Source: Leucoraja erinacea (lineage: Eukaryota). Taken from it: 64,000 nucleotides of DNA. Positions 23,530 through 37,194 of this stretch are shown in pieces. The stretch spans positions 41,168,001 to 41,232,000 of the forward strand of contig NC_073386.1 of assembly GCF_028641065.1 (NCBI RefSeq). The letters are read 5' to 3'. Each line of letters opens with the position of its first letter. The first letter of the stretch is position 1. A model generated the notes under the pieces. It was not told where the DNA came from. It saw only the letters and a list, made by a program, of their open reading frames with translations, and ran no database searches. A program made the translations under genes and the position numbers.

Positions 23530-24569
23530 TAAATCACTAAATACGAGTCAAAGGAGGATGTTATCAGTCTGAAACTGCACACTACTCACATTGTGCTTTG
23601 TACTGTGTCTAATTTTGATCACTGAGATACAAGAGTCACATTCAAACAAGATGTGCAGAGATGAATCACGGGGCTAAACCCATGTCATGGGTTGAATTAA
23701 GAAGTAAATACATTAAAAAATAAATGTGAGGCCATGTTGAAGACAGGTCTGTAGATTCTAAATAGTGGAGAAAAGGTAAGTCTGAGCGATTATTTCATAA
23801 GAGTTTGCAATTGTTGGGCAAAAGGTCACAGGTTAAATTAGGTCAATGGGAGATTTAATTTTACAATGGGAAGTTGTTTTTACGAGTGTAATATCACATT
23901 CAACAGATTCATGGATATTTAATGGAGCCACAAATCCTGGAGTGATTTAAAATCTAATTTGCTCTATCTGGAATGATGGTTTGACTTGGATGGAATAACG
24001 TACTGTGATGTTATGGGTTTCTCAATAATTATGTATTTGCATATTTTTCGAATATTTTGAATAATTTCTTCCCCATTTAGCTATTTCTTTCTGAATGTTT
24101 TATATGCTGTTGAAAATAGTGACCTTATTTGTTTTTGCAAAAGACTGATGTTCTTCCCTGAGTTTGTTCAGTTAAAAATAAAAGAATCCTTATGTTGCTT
24201 ATCATATTTATTCCCATTTGCTATGAATCGTAATACAATTTTTGAGCATTATCAGGTCCAACGATTGCAGAAAGATTCTCAGTTTAAAAACCTGACTGCT
24301 GCAATATCAAATAAAATGTATGCTTTCTTTTGAAATGGCAGTTTGTTTCTGTGAAGACATGCAGCTGCATTGAGCAGACGCAGATTTTTTTAAATTCATG
24401 TAATGTTTGGACGAAGGTGGCAATAAGATCAGAAGCTGAGTGTTACTTAAGAATGTAAACTGAGCAATGGTGTGTGAGTTATTGGTGAATAGGTGCTGCT
24501 TGATAGTTCTGTTGAGTACACCTTCCATTAGTTACAGTAAAGATTAAGGGTAGGCTAATGGAGAGAAAA

Positions 24570-24800
24570 TTCACACCCATAGAGTTGTGAATTTGTGGAA
24601 TTCCCAGCCACGGAGGGCAGTGGAGGCCAAATCACTGGATGGATTTAAGAGAGAGATAGAACTATAGGGGCTAGTGGAATCAACGGATATGGGGAGAAGG
24701 CAGGCACGGGTTATTGATTGGGTACGATCAGCCATGATTACAACGAATGACGGTGCTGGCTCGAAGGGCCGAATGGCCTCCTCCTGCACCTATTTTCTCT
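24570..24800 (+). mobile_element. CR1 3' end
   Basis: agagttgtgaatttgtggaattc...gctcgaagggccgaatggcctcctcctgcacctattttct. Confidence 0.8.
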
Positions 24801-25165
24801 GTCTATGTCTATCCAATGGGAATTGGTTGTCTTTGTACCTGTAATTGTAGCAGTTTGGGTGAGAACACAGCTAATTTGGATGTACTCCAGCTGCAATGTT
24901 ATCTGTTGTCTTTGTTGCAACCAGTGACTTATATTACGTTGGTTGAATTGAGTTGGCTGCTAACTAGAATGTTTGCAAGTGAGTATGTTACAAAGCATAG
25001 GAATGGATTTTCAGCTTTTGTGACCAGATAAGTGAATTAATAACACAGATAGTAGTGAACAGGTCTTATCGTGTTATCATTATGGAGCTGTGGCTACAGG
25101 GTGACCAAAAGTGTCAACTTCGTATGAGTAGGTAGGAACTGCAGGTGCTGGTTATACTGAAGATC

Positions 25166-25266
25166 GACACAGAGTGCTGGAGCAACTCAATGGGTCAGGC
25201 AGCATCTCTGGAGAATTTCTCCAGAGATGCTCCCTGACCCACTGAGTTGCTCCAGCACTTTATGTC
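25166..25266. repeat. Fold-back (inverted) Penelope terminal repeat
   Basis: agtgctggagcaactcaatgggtcaggcagcatctctggagaa-t-ttctccagagatgctccctgacccactgagttgctccagcact. Confidence 0.85.
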
Positions 25267-25289
25267 TGCCAACGTCATATACCAGCTAG

Positions 25290-26290
25290 GGTATTCAACA
25301 TTAGGAAGTACAAGGTAAAAGAGTGATGTTTTAAATCAAAAAGAGTGCCATTAAAAAGGAGGAGATAACTGCATGGTGAAAAATGATGTTGTCTTGACAG
25401 GTCAATTGTGACTAAACATAATTCAGGTTGAGTTAAGAAAGAGAAAATACAAAACCATTTGGAGGAGTATTTGTAGGCCACCGAATAGGGATGTAATATT
25501 GAGTTTGGCAAAATTAGGAAATTCAAGTTGTGTGTATAATCAAGAAAGAGAGAAGTGTTAATTAATTAGCCTGATGTTAGTGGTATGAAACTGTTGTAAT
25601 CTATAATGAAGGATATAATAAACACCTTGAATTGAATAATATAGTTGGACATAGCCAACTTTGATAGAAAAGTAATGTTTGGCTAACTGTTGACATTCTT
25701 TAATAATGTGTTGATTGGAAATAATAGTAATTAGTGGGATGTGATGAAATTGGATTTTTTTAAGGCTTTTGATAAGGCCCTGCAGAGGAAATTGATCAAC
25801 CAGCTTGTAACGTGTAGAACTGGAGGTGATGTAACAAGATGAATGAGATGAGAATTTACTCTCAGATAAAATGCAAGGAATGGGAATACATGGACCTTTG
25901 TCAATGGATAGGCTGTATATAGTGGGATATTGTGGGTTTGGTTTATGGTCCGTTGCTTCTTATAATCTATATCAATAATTTGGCCAAGAAGATCAAATGC
26001 TATATTTCCAACTTTGCCAAGAGTACTTAATTAGGGGTGATTATGAGTATTGAGAAGGATGTAAAAATGCTTCAAGGGAATCGGACACGCTTAGTCGGTG
26101 GATGAGAACATGGTAGAGGGGACATCATGTGGAAAAATGTGAAGTTATCCATTTTATAACACATAACAAAAAGGTGGAGTATTTACAAAATGGTGAGGGA
26201 TGGTGACCTAAGTCTGCCTGTTAACAAGTAACTGAAGGCCATCATGCTGGTGTCACAAGTGAAAAGGAAGGCATATTAGAAGAAGATTTT
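25290..26290 (+). mobile_element. Old CR1 LINE remnant
   Basis: Degenerate LDF.KAFDK, IYIN.L, KFA, KCEVIHF motifs. Confidence 0.6.
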
Positions 26291-26983
26291 AGTTCAGACT
26301 CTGGATTGTTGGACAAGCCATGAACCTCCAATAGAGTAATGTAACCACTGTAACTATTAATGCTTTGCAGTCAACGTCTTTTTTTGTTGCTAAACTGATC
26401 TTGTGCATCGATTCTTATATCATGGCGTGCTGTCTGTTGCATTCAATCAGTTCAAAATATTTGAAAGAGAAGGCAGATGCATTGACCAGTGCAAGGTAAA
26501 AGAAATAAGGGAGAAGTGTGTCTCAGCCACACCAATTTGAGCAATATAGTTAGGAATGTCATTGATAATACCACTGATCATATAAAGCATTAGGAATGTG
26601 TGCAGACAATTCAGTCCCATCAATCTATTCAATTATTTAGTTAGACCATGAGGAATACCTGTACCTCAATGTAATTTAATTACTTTCACTCCTTATTCTG
26701 TGTTCTACATATTTAATAAAATCGAGTGAACTAATTATTGACTCACAATTTAAAAATATCTTAAATTAATGTCTAAGAAAATATAACTCTTTGGGCACAC
26801 TGCAGAATATGAACCGCTCAGTGAATACGAGCAGTATGGTAAGGTTCCATACAAAAGGAGCTAGCATTACTTTTCAACATACTGGCCAAGAAATCTTAAC
26901 TAGGCAGTGAAATGTGTGATTTTTAAAAAAAACAGCGTGCATTACTATACTACATACTAAAATTACCTCCTCTTATCTCTCAG

Positions 26984-27133
26984 AATCTGAATTTCACTGG
27001 TTTCCGAAAGATTCTGAAGAAGCATGACAAGATGCTGGAGACAGGTCGTGGGGTTGACTGGCGGGTAGTGCATGTCGAGGTGGCTCCGTTCTACACCTGC
27101 AAGAAAATCACTCAGCTCATCAGTGAAACAGAG
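26984..27133 (+). CDS. XPR1: XPR1 exon matching human exon 5 (SPX lysine cluster)
   Basis: ctctcag|AAT CTG...ACA GAG|gtaaga; 150 nt, phase 0-0; [50 protein letters not shown]. Confidence 0.97.
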
Positions 27134-27734
27134 GTAAGAGGCACAGAGCATTCCACACAATAGAAAAAAACAAGGAATCTACCTGAAAATGGTCTACTCA
27201 CGATTTGTAGCATTCATGTTTATGTCTCTTCCCTCGCAAATAATTTCCCATTATCTTCCATAGCCGGTGACTTATTCTACTGAATCTCCTTAACAGGCTA
27301 TTTTGTTGGGCTTTGTCACTTCACTGTAAGCGCCTGTGAGGGCATGAAGTAGAAATCTCCAGCCAGCAAGCCATTCATTTGCATAATTATATCACAATAA
27401 GAATGAAACCGTATAACAGTCCACTAATCTGTACTTATTGGATTCTAGTTCCATGTGCATCTGGGGACTTGTGTCTCAATTATGACACCTGTCCCATAAT
27501 CTTCATAATAGTGCTAATTGGTGTACTCACTGAATTATCCCGGATAGCCAACGTGCCAAATCAATCTTTGCCAATCTCTGGATATGTCTTGTCATATCAG
27601 CAGGACAGACCCACAGGAGGTAGTAGAACAGTGGTATACAGATGGGAGAGAGTGCCCTGAAATGAATGACTCCAGATATCATGACGGCTCATAATGCATG
27701 GTCAAACACAAGAAGGAATTGACTTATTCCTCCA

Positions 27735-28165
27735 GTTGCTAAAGCTGAAGATCTGTCCAGGGGCCAGCACATTGATGTAATCTCAAATAAAGCATATCAA
27801 TGCCTCCACCTCCTTAGAAGATTGAGGAGATTCAGTATGCCCCCCAAATACTCTATAGAACCTCTATAGGTGTACGGTTGCAAGCAGACTGACTGGTTTC
27901 ATCACTGCCTGGTTCGGCAGCTCGATCGGCCAAGAACAAAGGAGACAGCAGAAGATGATGCCCGATATATCAGATACTGATCTCCCCACCATTGAACGGA
28001 TCGATAGGAAGTGCTGCTTCAAAAAAGCAGCCAATATCATCACACTCTTATTTAGCTCTCATAATCTGGAAGAAGATACTGGAGTTTGTAACCATCACCA
28101 CCGAGTTCAAGAACAGCATCTACCCAGCAACCATCCAGCTCTTGAACACTATGCAACACTAACCT
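27735..28165 (+). mobile_element. Rex1/Babar-like LINE 3' fragment
   Basis: KA.Q.LH.LRRLRRF...YRCTV.S.LTG.ITAWFG and T.RFKNS.YP.TI-like motifs. Confidence 0.65.
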
Positions 28166-29034
28166 CAACAATGTGATCTACTGTGGTCTGTGTCTTTGGT
28201 TGCACTACAGACTTTTTTGTACTATTGTGGTTACCTATTGTGTATTATGACTTGCAATTATAGTTTTTTTGGTTAATATATACTTTCCTTTGTGTTATTG
28301 CATTTATGGGCCACCAGCCTGGAACTCTCAACACAAAACCAGTGTGAAGAAAACAGTCCGCTTGATTAGCACCCAATCCACTTCCCTGCATATTTATTTT
28401 TTCCACCACTTGAGCACTGTGGTTGTATTGTGTACCATTTACAAAATGTTTGGCATTTGCTTCCCTGGGCAACTCCAGTAGATCTTAACAAGTCAGCATA
28501 TTAAACTGCAAACGAGATCAAGAGTAGTAAGTTTATAAGAAAGCCACTACTTCAGGTTCCCCAGCTGATCACATACCATCCTAATGAAGATACCTGTCAG
28601 TGTTCCATAGTTGCTGCTGGACCAAAATCCTGGAAATTCATCCCAAACAACACTGACACAGTATTTTCACCAGGACTGTAACATTTTGGGATACTGACTC
28701 ATTACCACCATCCTAAAGAGAATTGAGATGAGAATCAAATGCTGGCCTTTGCATTGACTCTCAAGTCCCACAAATGAATTGAATCTAATTTCAGTTCTGC
28801 CTCATGCTGACCGTTATGTAGCTGTCCATTTCTTGGATTAGCAGCTGATTATTTATAAAGTAATCAGGCCCAGGCAATATACATGTCTCCGTTGATCACA
28901 AAATAACAAAACAAAGTTCAACAGGAATGGAAAAGTAACTTTGAATGAGGTGGCTCAGAAGACCTATTCTTACCAATTTTATTTGATATGTACTAGAAAG
29001 GCTATTTGTAATCTCTTGTTTTGTTCCTTTTTAG

Positions 29035-29118
29035 GCCCTTGTTACAACAGAATTGGAAGGAGGTGACAGGCAGAGAGCCATGAAGAGATTGCGAGTACCA
29101 CCCCTGGGAGCTGCTCAG
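29035..29118 (+). CDS. XPR1: XPR1 exon matching human exon 6
   Basis: tttttag|GCC CTT...GCT CAG|gttagt; 84 nt; [28 protein letters not shown]. Confidence 0.96.
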
Positions 29119-30389
29119 GTTAGTTGTGGTTGAATCAGAAGTATGTCTCCTTTCATTTGTTATATTGATTCTTGTTGTGAAAACTGATTCTTTGTGATAT
29201 AGTTGATTGTGTGTGTGTGCATCTTCAGCATTTTCTCCCAGCAAAGTGAATGTTTTGTGCTCAACAGAAAAGGTGCCTATTGGTACGTGCTCAGCATAAT
29301 AATGGCTCTTACCAGCATGTGTACTCCAGGCTCTGATTCGCAAGCTGCATCAACTGAATTTAAGAAAGCAATTCTAGAGCTTGGAAACTCACCAGCTGAA
29401 AACAAAGCTGCCACTGTGGAACATCAGAAATCATAACTGCATAACATGGCAGAAATAGAGAAACAGAGATCTCTGAGTTTTCTAGGGCTGGACTGAGTTG
29501 CAGAGAAAGAACAGATAAGATCAGGACACCATAATATGACTTATTGAATGATAATGTAAGGTAGCCTCGTACAGTGGCATTGTATTGAAAGTGGAAATCA
29601 AAAAACTGCAGCTGCTGGAAATCTGAAATATGTGGTTTAGTAAATACTTAGCAGATCAGGCAGCATCTGTAGAGAGAGAGAGAGAGAGAAAACCACGATA
29701 AACTTTTCAGGTCAAAGTCTCTTCATTAACAGTTCCAATGAAGGGTCATTGTCATGAAATGTTAACGGTGTTGCTTCTCAGAACAGTGTTTTGATTAGGG
29801 AACCAATAACCAGAATTTTAGACTACTGATCAGGCGATATGAGTTTAAATCACATAATTTCAACTTGGTTTTTTTTACATAAATCTGAAATAAACCTACC
29901 AGATTGTTGGAAAATTCCACCTGATTTTTGCCCAGGAGAGACAAAACCTGCCAATCTTACCAGGCTTAGCCAAAGTTAACTTCATAAACAGTTTCCTCCA
30001 CACTTAAAAACAATCAGTTAATCACCCAGCTCGGAGGATTAGGGATTCAAAATTTAGGAATGGGACGATAAATGATGGCTTTGCTGTCAATGACCACATT
30101 TGAGTAATACATTTAAAAAATGAATTGTTGGCAGACAACGAGCCAGTGCAGATCAATGATGGATACTCTTGCCTTTAACTACTACTAAGCTATTCAGCTT
30201 GTGAATGGTATACATTGAATAAAATAAATATTTTTCCATTTAGCCTCAACAGTCACAATTTTGGTGGCAATTAGGTTTTGAGTCCTTGTTCCATTTGCAA
30301 GTGGATTGACAATGCTCAATGTATTCACATTTTGCTTTTTAACCAATAAACCAGTTAGTTCCACAGAAATTCAAATGACTAGTGTAATC

Positions 30390-30910
30390 AGAAGATAAAA
30401 CAGAAAATGCGAGAAACACTTTATGAATCGATTAGTGGTGAGGTAGCATCTGCATCAGAACTGAGAAAAAGAGAAACCAATTTGGTTTCAAGTTGCAGAG
30501 AGGATGGGAGAGGGATAGATAAAACAAAGGAAATATCTTTGATTAGGTAAGGCGAGGGTTTCCATCAGGATAAACTGTAAATGTGGTTGATGGGTTAATG
30601 GGAGAGAATCTGAACAAAGTAACATTAAAGCTATGAAATCGGGGCAATTAGAGAATTTATTGAAGAAAGAATATGTCCAGCAAGTCTGGCTGTGTATCTG
30701 ATATTTACAATATGGTGTATTCTGCATTGGAGAAGAGAAATGCAAATTGCATGACCAATTTGAGGAACATCTGCACTCAGTCGGCAGAAACAACCCTGAA
30801 CTTCATGTTTCCTTCCACTTCAATTCTCCGTCCCACTCCGATAGCTGCATTCTATTTGACAATGCTGCATGGCTACTCTACAGGAAGGTGAAACACTGGT
30901 TAAAAATCCA
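30390..30910 (+). mobile_element. Old Penelope remnant with inverted 5' part
   Basis: GIY-YIG-like CIGEEKCKLHDQFEEHLHSV...VSFHFNSPSHS. Confidence 0.55.
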
Positions 30911-31301
30911 CACATTCTTATTCTTTTTTGCCTTTCATGATGATGTGGGTGTCTTTGAAAAAAATCTGTGATACTTGTAGAATATACAGTAGAGTAGTGC
31001 TGGGCTTCCACTTGTAATATAATCCATGGCCAATTTAAACCTGTTCTTCCAAAGAATACATTTAATTAGTCGTCAGAAATAACTCGTGGATGTCAAAAGT
31101 ATAGCAACGGTCTAAGTGATGCGTCCCATTATGTAAATTCTTATGGCAGATGCAACGGGTACCACCTGCCTGCTAAATGGTATAAAGACTTGTGAATTAA
31201 TAGTTTAGAACATCTGGAATTATTTGTCAGTTTAATAAAGTATTACTCCTAAGTGTTTTTTTCCTGATTTCTCAACCCTCGTTGTTTCTTTTATTTTACA
31301 G

Positions 31302-31383
31302 CCAGCCCCTGCCTGGACCATATTCAGGGTGGGAATGTACTTTGGAATTTTTGTTGTGCTGCTTGCTGCTCTGGTGCTCATAG
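31302..31383 (+). CDS. XPR1: XPR1 exon matching human exon 7 (first TM helix)
   Basis: ttttacag|CCA GCC...ATA G|gtaaat; 82 nt, phase 0-1; PAPAWTIFRVGMYFGIFVVLLAALVLI. Confidence 0.95.
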
Positions 31384-31434
31384 GTAAATATCAGGGACAT
31401 CTCTGCACTCATTTTCTGTATTCAAATGTATTCT

Positions 31435-31743
31435 TAGTTTAGTTTAGAGATACAGCGAGAAAACAGGCTCTTCGGCCCACCCAGTCCGCACCGATCAGTG
31501 ATCCCCGCTCATTAACATATTCTACACACACTAGGGATAATTTACACTTATACCAAGCCAATTAACCTACAAACTTGTACATCTTTGGAGTGTGGGAGGA
31601 AACCGAATAATTTCGGAAAAAATCTACGCAGTCACTGAGAGAATGTACAAACTCCGCAGAGACGGCACCCGTAGTCAGGATTAAACCCGGGTCTACTGAC
31701 ACTGTAGGGTAGCAACTCTGCCTCTGCACTGCTGTGCCACCCA
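31435..31743 (-). mobile_element. Near full-length V-SINE (HE1-like)
   Basis: Complete tail, V core and tRNA head on the minus strand. Confidence 0.85.
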
Positions 31744-31984
31744 TATTCTGTATTAAGATTTTGTGCTTCTCCGTACTGAAATGCCAATGCCACAAACTGC
31801 TATTCCACATTGATTGCAAGCCCAAAAGATTTTCAAGAAATGGATAACAGTTTGGTATTTTTAAATTGTAGATCATTACCCTGATCTTATTTATATTTGC
31901 ATGATAGTTTCCCCAACAGAAATAGAGTAATAAGCAAGGGAAGGTTGAGTAATTCCCTGTGCTTTGCCATGATTTGATCCTTGG

Positions 31985-32710
31985 CTATGGTGATCTGGGA
32001 ATAACTATGCATAGTTCCTTGAAGGTGGAATCTCATATAGATAGGGTGGTAAAGAAAGCTTTTGTTATGCTAGCCTTTATAAATCAGAGCATTGAGTATA
32101 GAAGCTGGGATGTAATGTTAAAATTGTACAAGGCATTGGTGAGACCAAATCTAGAGTATGGTGTATAATTTTGGTCGCCCAATTATAGGAAGGATGTCAA
32201 CAAAATAGAGAGAGTACAGAGGAGATTTACTAGTATGTTGCCTGGGTTTCAACAACTAAGACAGAGAAAGGTAGGTTGAATAAGTTAGGTCTTTATACTC
32301 TGGAACGCAGAAGGATAAGGGGGGACTTGATAAAGGTCTTTAAAATGATGAGAGGGATAGACAGAGTTGATGTGGACAAGCTTTTCCCTTTGAGAATAGG
32401 GAAGATTCAAACAAGAGGACATGACTTCAGAATTAAGGGACAGAAGTTTAGGGGTAATATGAGGGGGAACTTATTTACTCAGAGAGTGGTAGCGGTGTGG
32501 AATGAGCTTCCAGTGGAAGTGGTGGAGGCAGGTTTGATGGTATAATTTAAAAATAAATTGGATAGGCATATGGATGATAAGGGAATGGAGGGTTATGGTA
32601 TGAGTGCAGGCAGGTGGGACTAAGGGTAAATAATTGTTCGGCACGGACTTGTAGGGCCGAGATGGCCTGTTTCCGTGCTGTAATTGGTTATATGGTTATA
32701 TGGTTATAAT
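31985..32710 (+). mobile_element. Young CR1 3' fragment
   Basis: ORFs 31959-32168 and 32276-32545 (LYKALVRPNLEY, RGDLIKVFKM, FTQRVVAVWNELP); (ATATGGTT)n tail. Confidence 0.9.
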
Positions 32711-34521
32711 GCTGTGAGGGAGGCCACAGCAGCACAGCACTTCCTTATCCAGTACTTTTTCCAGCAGTTTCTGGAGATTTCTGCTGGGAAGCTGAGTAAG
32801 ATAACTCTGAACATGTATCAAAAGTGTAAGGTGAGCCAGAAGTGCTCATCTGTGACTGCAAAACCCAGATGAAACTAAACGTGCTGAGCCCAATTCCCTT
32901 GTCAATATTAAAACAATTGTGGGAGTAGTGTATGGTGGCTTAAACTGGTGGTGGTGAAGGAATGGTTGCCTTCCAGACATAAGACTAGAGAGAGGAAGGT
33001 TGATTAAGATTCTTATTTGACGCTGTTAACCAGTCAGCTGTGACTTGGCAGTTGTGTGGGCATAAAGTTAAAACAAGTTCAGACTTGAGTTTGTGCTGAG
33101 CAAGCCAAACAGGCTGCCAAATTGTAATTGGTGGTGTCAGGGGTGGGCATCTTGCCCTGCTATTTTCATTTAATCTCAATAAAAATGACTGAATCTGGTC
33201 TAAATTTTGTTGTTTATCCACATGAGGAAAAATGATATGGTCTTTGAAATAAAAATTGTGCATATTTTGTTCTGGGTGTGTGCTGTGCCCAGTCATTTGT
33301 TACTTCTTGATCAGTTAAAGAGAGGTATTGTTGGATGATAGTAAGGAGAGTAGAGTTCGTAATCCAGCTAATGATACGGAAATTAATTAACCCAAATAGA
33401 CATTGCAAATAAATGCAACAAGAGGGGATTAAGAAAATGTTTTGACAGTTAATCTAGAAACCGTGGTGCAAATGACCCAATATTGAAATTTCCACATTTA
33501 GACAGACTGAACACCAAACAGTGACTGGAGTGGATGTTGATGTCATTAAAATGGAGAATGATCTGACATGGTAGTACTTAAATTGAATCAGATGGTTTAA
33601 CATCAATCACAGCTGGGTTAAAGAGTGGGATAGGTGATTCATAATAAAAATGGTTTATGGATGAAAATGATGCATTGATTTTGGAATTCATACTGTCAGA
33701 CTTCATAAAAGGTTCTACATTTTGCCAATGACAAATCAGAGTTCAAAAATAGAGGGCCTGAAATGTTCCAAAAAAGAAAAAAGGATCATCAATGGTGTAG
33801 CCAAGCCACTTAAACATTGTGGTGGTTATTGGCCAAAATAAACTTTCCAAAGTAATGTAAGAGATATCTGGTCAGCTAGCAATGTATTTGGTGCCACCTT
33901 GCTGAGGGATATTGTTGATCCAAGTACTTTGTGCGGGAAGGAAAGAATCTGAAGAGTGAGAAAATAACAAAGAGCAAAGAACATTTTGGAAATGTGCAAC
34001 TTCAGGGAAGTCAAAGGCAGAAGACTTAAAAGTTTAGAAAAGGTGATCTTAATTACAATCTTGTATATGTTGGGAATAAACACAGCCAAATAAAGACAGG
34101 ATTGTTCCTAGCGCAATAGGGGCTGTGATGTATTTTCCGTGAAAAATACCAGTCGTCTCCAAGGCCAGCTAGCAACAAGTAACAGACAATATTGACTGAG
34201 AACCAAGTGTCATTTGTGGCTTAATGTATACTGTTTCTCTGTACCCTTCTCCATAAACTTAATGGGTACCTTAATCAAAGGGAGTTTATAAAGTGCTTTT
34301 ATCTTTGATTGTCACTATAACACCTAAAACTTGCTTTTCTGTTGTTTCTAAATACTTTTATGTTCTATTTCACTTAATTTATTCTAGGTCATAGCTGTCA
34401 AGCATTCATTCTTGATAACAAAGAGCTGTGTTATATATTGATCCTTATAGCTTAATATGAAAAGAGCAAGTGTTGGCATCTCATTTGTTCTGCCTTAACA
34501 AACACGTTCTCAATCTTTCAG

Positions 34522-34703
34522 CCAGATCAAAACAGGGAAACATTTGGCCTTTGGTGCGTATTTATCGTGGTGGATTCCTTCTCATCGAGTTTCTCTTTCT
34601 TCTTGGCATCAACACATATGGCTGGCGGCAAGCTGGAGTGAATCACGTGCTGATCTTTGAACTCAATCCTAGAAGCAATCTCTCTCACCAGCATCTCTTT
34701 GAG
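34522..34703 (+). CDS. XPR1: XPR1 exon matching human exon 8
   Basis: ctttcag|CC AGA...TTT GAG|gttaga; 182 nt, phase 1-0; (A)[60 protein letters not shown]. The next two AGs downstream would break the frame. Confidence 0.95.
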
Positions 34704-35132
34704 GTTAGATACTCCAGATGTGATTGGAAGGATTGGAGCATTATCTGGTAACTGGTGTGGGACAATTTAAAAAAATTGCAAATCTCCCCATTTTCAAAGT
34801 TTCTTCTGTTGTGCAGCACTTCAAGCCCATAATCATCGAGTTTACAGTACAGAAACCTCATTTAATGTATGCATGTTGGAGATTATTGATATTGCACTTT
34901 TTGTTAATTGATCCCTGACATACCTGCTAGTGCTGCAAAAATTGTCTGCGAGAAACAAAACTGGTGAAAAAAATTTGCACATTTCTAATTTATATTTAAA
35001 CTTTTGTCAAATAATCCTTGAATCTGCATAATAATTGTATTGATAAAGCCTTCTCTGTGGCTGCTTACCTTGAGAAGATTATCTAGCTCTTGCCATACAC
35101 AGTCCCAGTAACTCAAGTCCACTGACACCATG

Positions 35133-36174
35133 TAGCAATGTTACAAAATGTTGAGATTTAAAAAATCAAGTCTGCAATTTATCCCATCAGATAAAGCGTA
35201 ACAATAAGTTTAATTTGACACCTAATTCACTTTCATATCTCAAGTAATAAAAAAGTTATGGCCATTTTCATACTCGGAAATTAGCATCTTGTTCCCTATT
35301 GATTTTCTATGGACATAACAAAAAAAGCTGTGATCGTGGACAGTCAAAAGCACATAACCTTCTTAAAAATTAAGAGAACTGAATGAAATTTTCAGTTATC
35401 ATAGATTGAACCATTCTGAAACAAATATAAAATAATCTTACTTGGATGACCTGAAATTAAAGCATATAATTAGTTAGTTACCCAATTGTAGCTAATTTCA
35501 AACTTCAATTTACTAGATCTAAACATCTATCCATTTCTTAATAAATGATTAACATTTTTAAATAGCCCAAGTGTCCAAATAATATTCACAAATAATTCAC
35601 AATAAAACATGATTTTTAAATCTCATTTACATCAATTTATAGGCCAAATGGAAGGAATTTAGTGTTCAATTGCTGTAAATTAAAGTCAATTTAAATCGGC
35701 TTTCTAGTGGGTTCATGTGGAACGCGCTGGTTTAGAACGTTCACATTGCGCTAGATTTATGCCCTCAAATGCCCAGAAAAATACTGCGGGATATAAAGAG
35801 CCCAAAATGAGCTACTCGCTATAGAAAACTTTAATAACAGGGTAATATACATGCCCCATTTAATGTAAAAATAAGGTACATACCTTCAATTGTTTGCTTT
35901 ATAAAACCCTGGGGCTGCGAGAGGTTGCGAGTTTAGAGAGTGATTTTTAAATTACTCTAACTATTTTACAAGGCCATAAAAACTAATAATTCCTTTTGCG
36001 ACGGGGTCTTTCAGCGATTTTCGGTTAATGATTTACTAGGCTGAACAATTTCGATTGCAACAGCCTAGTAAAAATCGCGTTTTAAACCCGCCCCCTCTAA
36101 ACAGCGCCAAAATCACACACAAGGGGTGGGGCAGATGCTCAGCCACGATTCAGGTACGTTTTGTAACATACCTA
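35133..36174. mobile_element. Non-autonomous DNA transposon, ~1.04 kb
   Basis: TIR TAGCAATGTTACAAAATGT...ACGTTTTGTAACATACCTA; flanking direct repeat CACCATG. Confidence 0.8.
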
Positions 36175-36321
36175 CACCATGGGGTTATATCGAATTATAT
36201 TACCATGTTAATTGCGTTATTTTTAAGTATGTTTACTGGAGGAGAATCATTCTACTGCTGTGTAAGTGTCTTACTGCTCTTTAAAGTAGATATTATACAA
36301 TTATAAACTGTCTTTTTACAG

Positions 36322-36501
36322 ATTGCTGGATTCCTTGGAGTTCTTTGGGGCTTGAGTTTATTCATCAGTTTGTATGTGCCATACAGTTTAATTCCAATGC
36401 CATTCAACCCCCTCGTACTTTATGGCTTTATGTTCCTGTTTCTGATCAATCCTACAAAAACCTGCTACTACAAATCTAGGTTCTGGCTCTTAAAACTTTT
36501 G
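36322..36501 (+). CDS. XPR1: XPR1 exon matching human exon 9
   Basis: ttttacag|ATT GCT...CTT TTG|gtaagt; 180 nt; [60 protein letters not shown]. Confidence 0.96.
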
Positions 36502-37194
36502 GTAAGTTTTCTTCTCAACTTGCACTTACTGCTTTATCTTTTTATAGTGGGTAGAATGTTTATGTTGAACAATGATTATATTGAAAGCCCCAGAAATAAA
36601 ATTATTTCATGCTAAACAATGTGTTTTGTAAATTATGATGTATTGATAAATGCTAAAAATCAGAAATATAAAAAAAATGTTAAAGAGATATTCAGCACGT
36701 AGGGCAGCATCTGTGGAGAGAGAAGCAAAGTCAGTGTTTTGAGTTAATGACTGTTGCAGAGAGAGGGATTGGTGGAAAGAACAAAGGGAATGCCTCGGGT
36801 AAAGTGAAACAAACATTTTAACGCCATCTGAGAAAGGACGATGAATGCCTGTTAGCCACAACTGTTTTTAGAGGAGTGCAAAGTGATGGAAATGAATTAA
36901 TGCAGTGGAGTGAGAAAACAATGTTGGCAGTGTGAAATGCAGAAATCAACCGACAAATGAACAAGATTGAAGAGTTAACGGCACAAATAGAAACAAATGA
37001 GTTTGATTTAATAGAAAGCGAAGTACTAGAAAGCCAAGTATGATCTCCGCAAGACTATCTGATGCCGAGAGAATTGCAAACAAGCTAGTTTGGTTTATTG
37101 TCACGTGTTCCAAGGCCCAGTGAAAAGTTTTTGTTACATGCGAACCAGTCAGCGGTAAGGTAATACATGATTACAATCGAATCATTCACAGTGT

